The notes under the pieces: generated by a model
What the model was told of the DNA's origin: nothing
Database searches by the model: none
What the model saw: the letters and a program-made list of their open reading frames with translations, nothing else
Program-made: the position numbers and the translations under genes
In this document: positions 62,200 to 64,000 of the stretch, one piece after another
Numbering within the stretch: the stretch's first letter is position 1
How the letters are laid out: each line of letters starts with the position of its first letter
From: Narcine bancroftii
Lineage: Eukaryota
Length of the DNA stretch: 64,000 nucleotides
Reading direction: 5' to 3'
Assembly: GCF_036971445.1 (NCBI RefSeq)
Contig: NC_091478.1
Coordinates: forward strand, 10,354,001 to 10,418,000

Positions 62200-62655
62200 T
62201 TTGATACAGATGCACCATCACAAACATTCTTTCTGGATGGATCACAGCACTGTACGGGAGCTGCTGTGCTCAAGATCAGAAGAAACTGGAGAAGTCGAAG
62301 AATGCAGCTTAGAATATAATGCAAACTTCCTTCCCCTCCATGCACCTCCTGCTGCTGAGAAAAGGAAGCCAACATACTGAAAGATCCATGCACCCCGGTC
62401 GCATTCTCTTCTTCTTCTCATCAGGGAGAAAGTTCAAGAATGTGAAATTACAGCGAAATGGTAAGTTTCTGAATGAACACCATAAGAGTTCCACCTTGCT
62501 GCCTCTGCATGGTACTAATTTTTCACTCATCGTAGCTCTATACTCTGTAATTGGACTCTTATTCTTCTACATTATGTTTGAGTGAGCAGGTTAGACTGTC
62601 TTGCAATAGAGGACGTCACTGTACTAGGTGTACTACGAAGAATAAACAAACTAAA
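62200..62655 (+). mobile_element. Rex1/Babar-like LINE 3' end
   Basis: RCTITNILSGWITALYGSC, CC.EKEANILKDPCT and aataaac tail. Confidence 0.65.
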
Positions 62656-62919
62656 TACAAGGTCAGAATTTAGTCCTCCCTGGCACTGAGGGAATGACTC
62701 TATTAGCCATGCTTTTTCATTGTGTTAGCTGTATACATTGCCCCCTGCTTCTTTCAGGGAAGCCTGTGCTGAACACCATTATTTTTGTGATACCTTTTAC
62801 AAGAGTTTGTCTTCATTCTCATTAATGTGATCATCAAAATCTCTTCCTCAGTGTTGGGTTGGAAATGGAATACTATTGTCAACCAATAGCATTATCAATA
62901 TTCCAAAGTCATTACTCCT

Positions 62920-63250
62920 TGCAATGCAGAGAGATCTCACGGGATTTGACAGGGTGGATTCAGAAGCAGGGCTCACAGTTTCAAAATAAGAGGTCGGCCA
63001 ATCAGGGCAGAGATAAGAAGAAATTAGCGGGTAATTAATCTTTGGAATTCTGCAACCAAGGGGACAATGGAGGCTCATTTAGTGAGTACATTTAAATAAG
63101 AGATGAACAGAATTTTATACGTTATTGTTAATGAGAGTTATGGGGTTAATGCACACAGAGACACTGAATTAAAAGAGTACCCACAATTTTACTGAAAAAT
63201 AGAACCAGCATAAGGAACCAAATGGCCCATGTCTCAATTTATTTCTTCTA
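62920..63250 (+). mobile_element. Decayed CR1 3' fragment
   Basis: gggatttgacagggtggat...aatctttggaattctg...gagttatgggg and tail. Confidence 0.55.
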
Positions 63251-63574
63251 TCATGTTCCATTTTAACAGATTCAAATGATACAGATTTACTTTAATTTAA
63301 TTTACTTTAATTCCCAATATCAAGGAATCACCTTATTTTCCTCTGATTTCTGATTCACTCATCCTACATTGGATGTTATAGCTTTGTGCATACTAAGAGA
63401 GCCAGTTGATGGACAATTAAGTTCAGTGTTGTTGCTTCAGACCACTTAAGACAAGTTACAGATATAAAGTATGAAACTTGTTCCTGATAGAGAGAAGGGA
63501 CATCAAGACCAACACCAAATTGCAACTTTAACATTTTTATAATGTTTTAATGTGGTGAAATCCCCCAAGGAGAA

Positions 63575-63722
63575 TAGCCAAGCATCATCAATGGGGGAAA
63601 GGGAATTGTTGACATTTCGACATGAATACCTTCATCCGTTTTGAAGGGTTTTTACATGAAACATCAACAATTCCTTCCTCCCTGGAGGTGCTGTTTGACT
63701 TGCTGAGTTCCTCCACCAGCTT
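63575..63722. mobile_element. Head-to-head inverted pair of Penelope-derived short repeats
   Basis: ggaattgttgacatttc...ccttca / tgaagg...gaaacatcaacaattcc, then tail gacttgctgagttcctcca. Confidence 0.6.
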
Positions 63723-64000
63723 TAAAAGAGAAAATAAGGGGTGGAGAAGCTGAGGAAGAAAATCTTCATCTTAGGATCCAGGCAGTTTCAGGAACAGCCA
63801 TCGGGGTTCCTGGATGTTCAACAGCCAGAAACGATAAAGTTTAGGTAGCTAAGGATAAAGGACAAGAAAGGCCATGGAGGGATTTGAAAGCAAGGATTTG
63901 GATTTTAAAATATTGTTGCTTAACTTGGAACCAAGTGCTTAACCCACCCAGAGATGATGGATGAGTATAAGAAGTTCAAGCTAAAACCCAAATAGTAGAG

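Noticed and set aside
46000-64000. Exons of ACADSB, the expected upstream neighbour
   Set aside because: No acyl-CoA dehydrogenase peptide recognised; probably beyond the window, though small exons could have been missed.

Overview
Eukaryotic, vertebrate genomic DNA. The repeat content (CR1, Rex1/Babar-like and L2-like LINEs, HE1-like SINEs, Penelope-like elements) suggests a cartilaginous fish, but that is inference. The minus strand carries the conserved cluster HMX3 (45310-44308, 2 exons, 299 aa), HMX2 (35045-33241, 2 exons, 266 aa) and BUB3. BUB3 has a putative non-coding exon 1 in a CpG island at ~30.3 kb and coding exons 2-7, and runs off the left edge. All coding exons were read by hand with GT-AG boundaries and consistent phases. 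The BUB3 introns and the right-hand 12 kb are dense in decayed transposons, including a BEL/Pao element, a Gypsy element with a tRNA-Trp PBS nested in a CR1, and Tigger-like and hAT MITEs. The ~22 kb around HMX2/HMX3 is nearly transposon-free, CpG-retaining and holds several CNE-like blocks. The most interesting signal is a dispersed family of at least 10 copies whose consensus matches a minimal type I hammerhead ribozyme (AGTC-CTGATGA-AGGG..CCC-GAAAC-GTY|GACT). It is attached to Penelope-type GIY-YIG tails and often occurs as head-to-head inverted pairs. Other points are a composite hAT MITE with one outer target-site duplication and unusual uORF architecture in both HMX leaders. No alignments or searches were run; family calls come from motif recognition.
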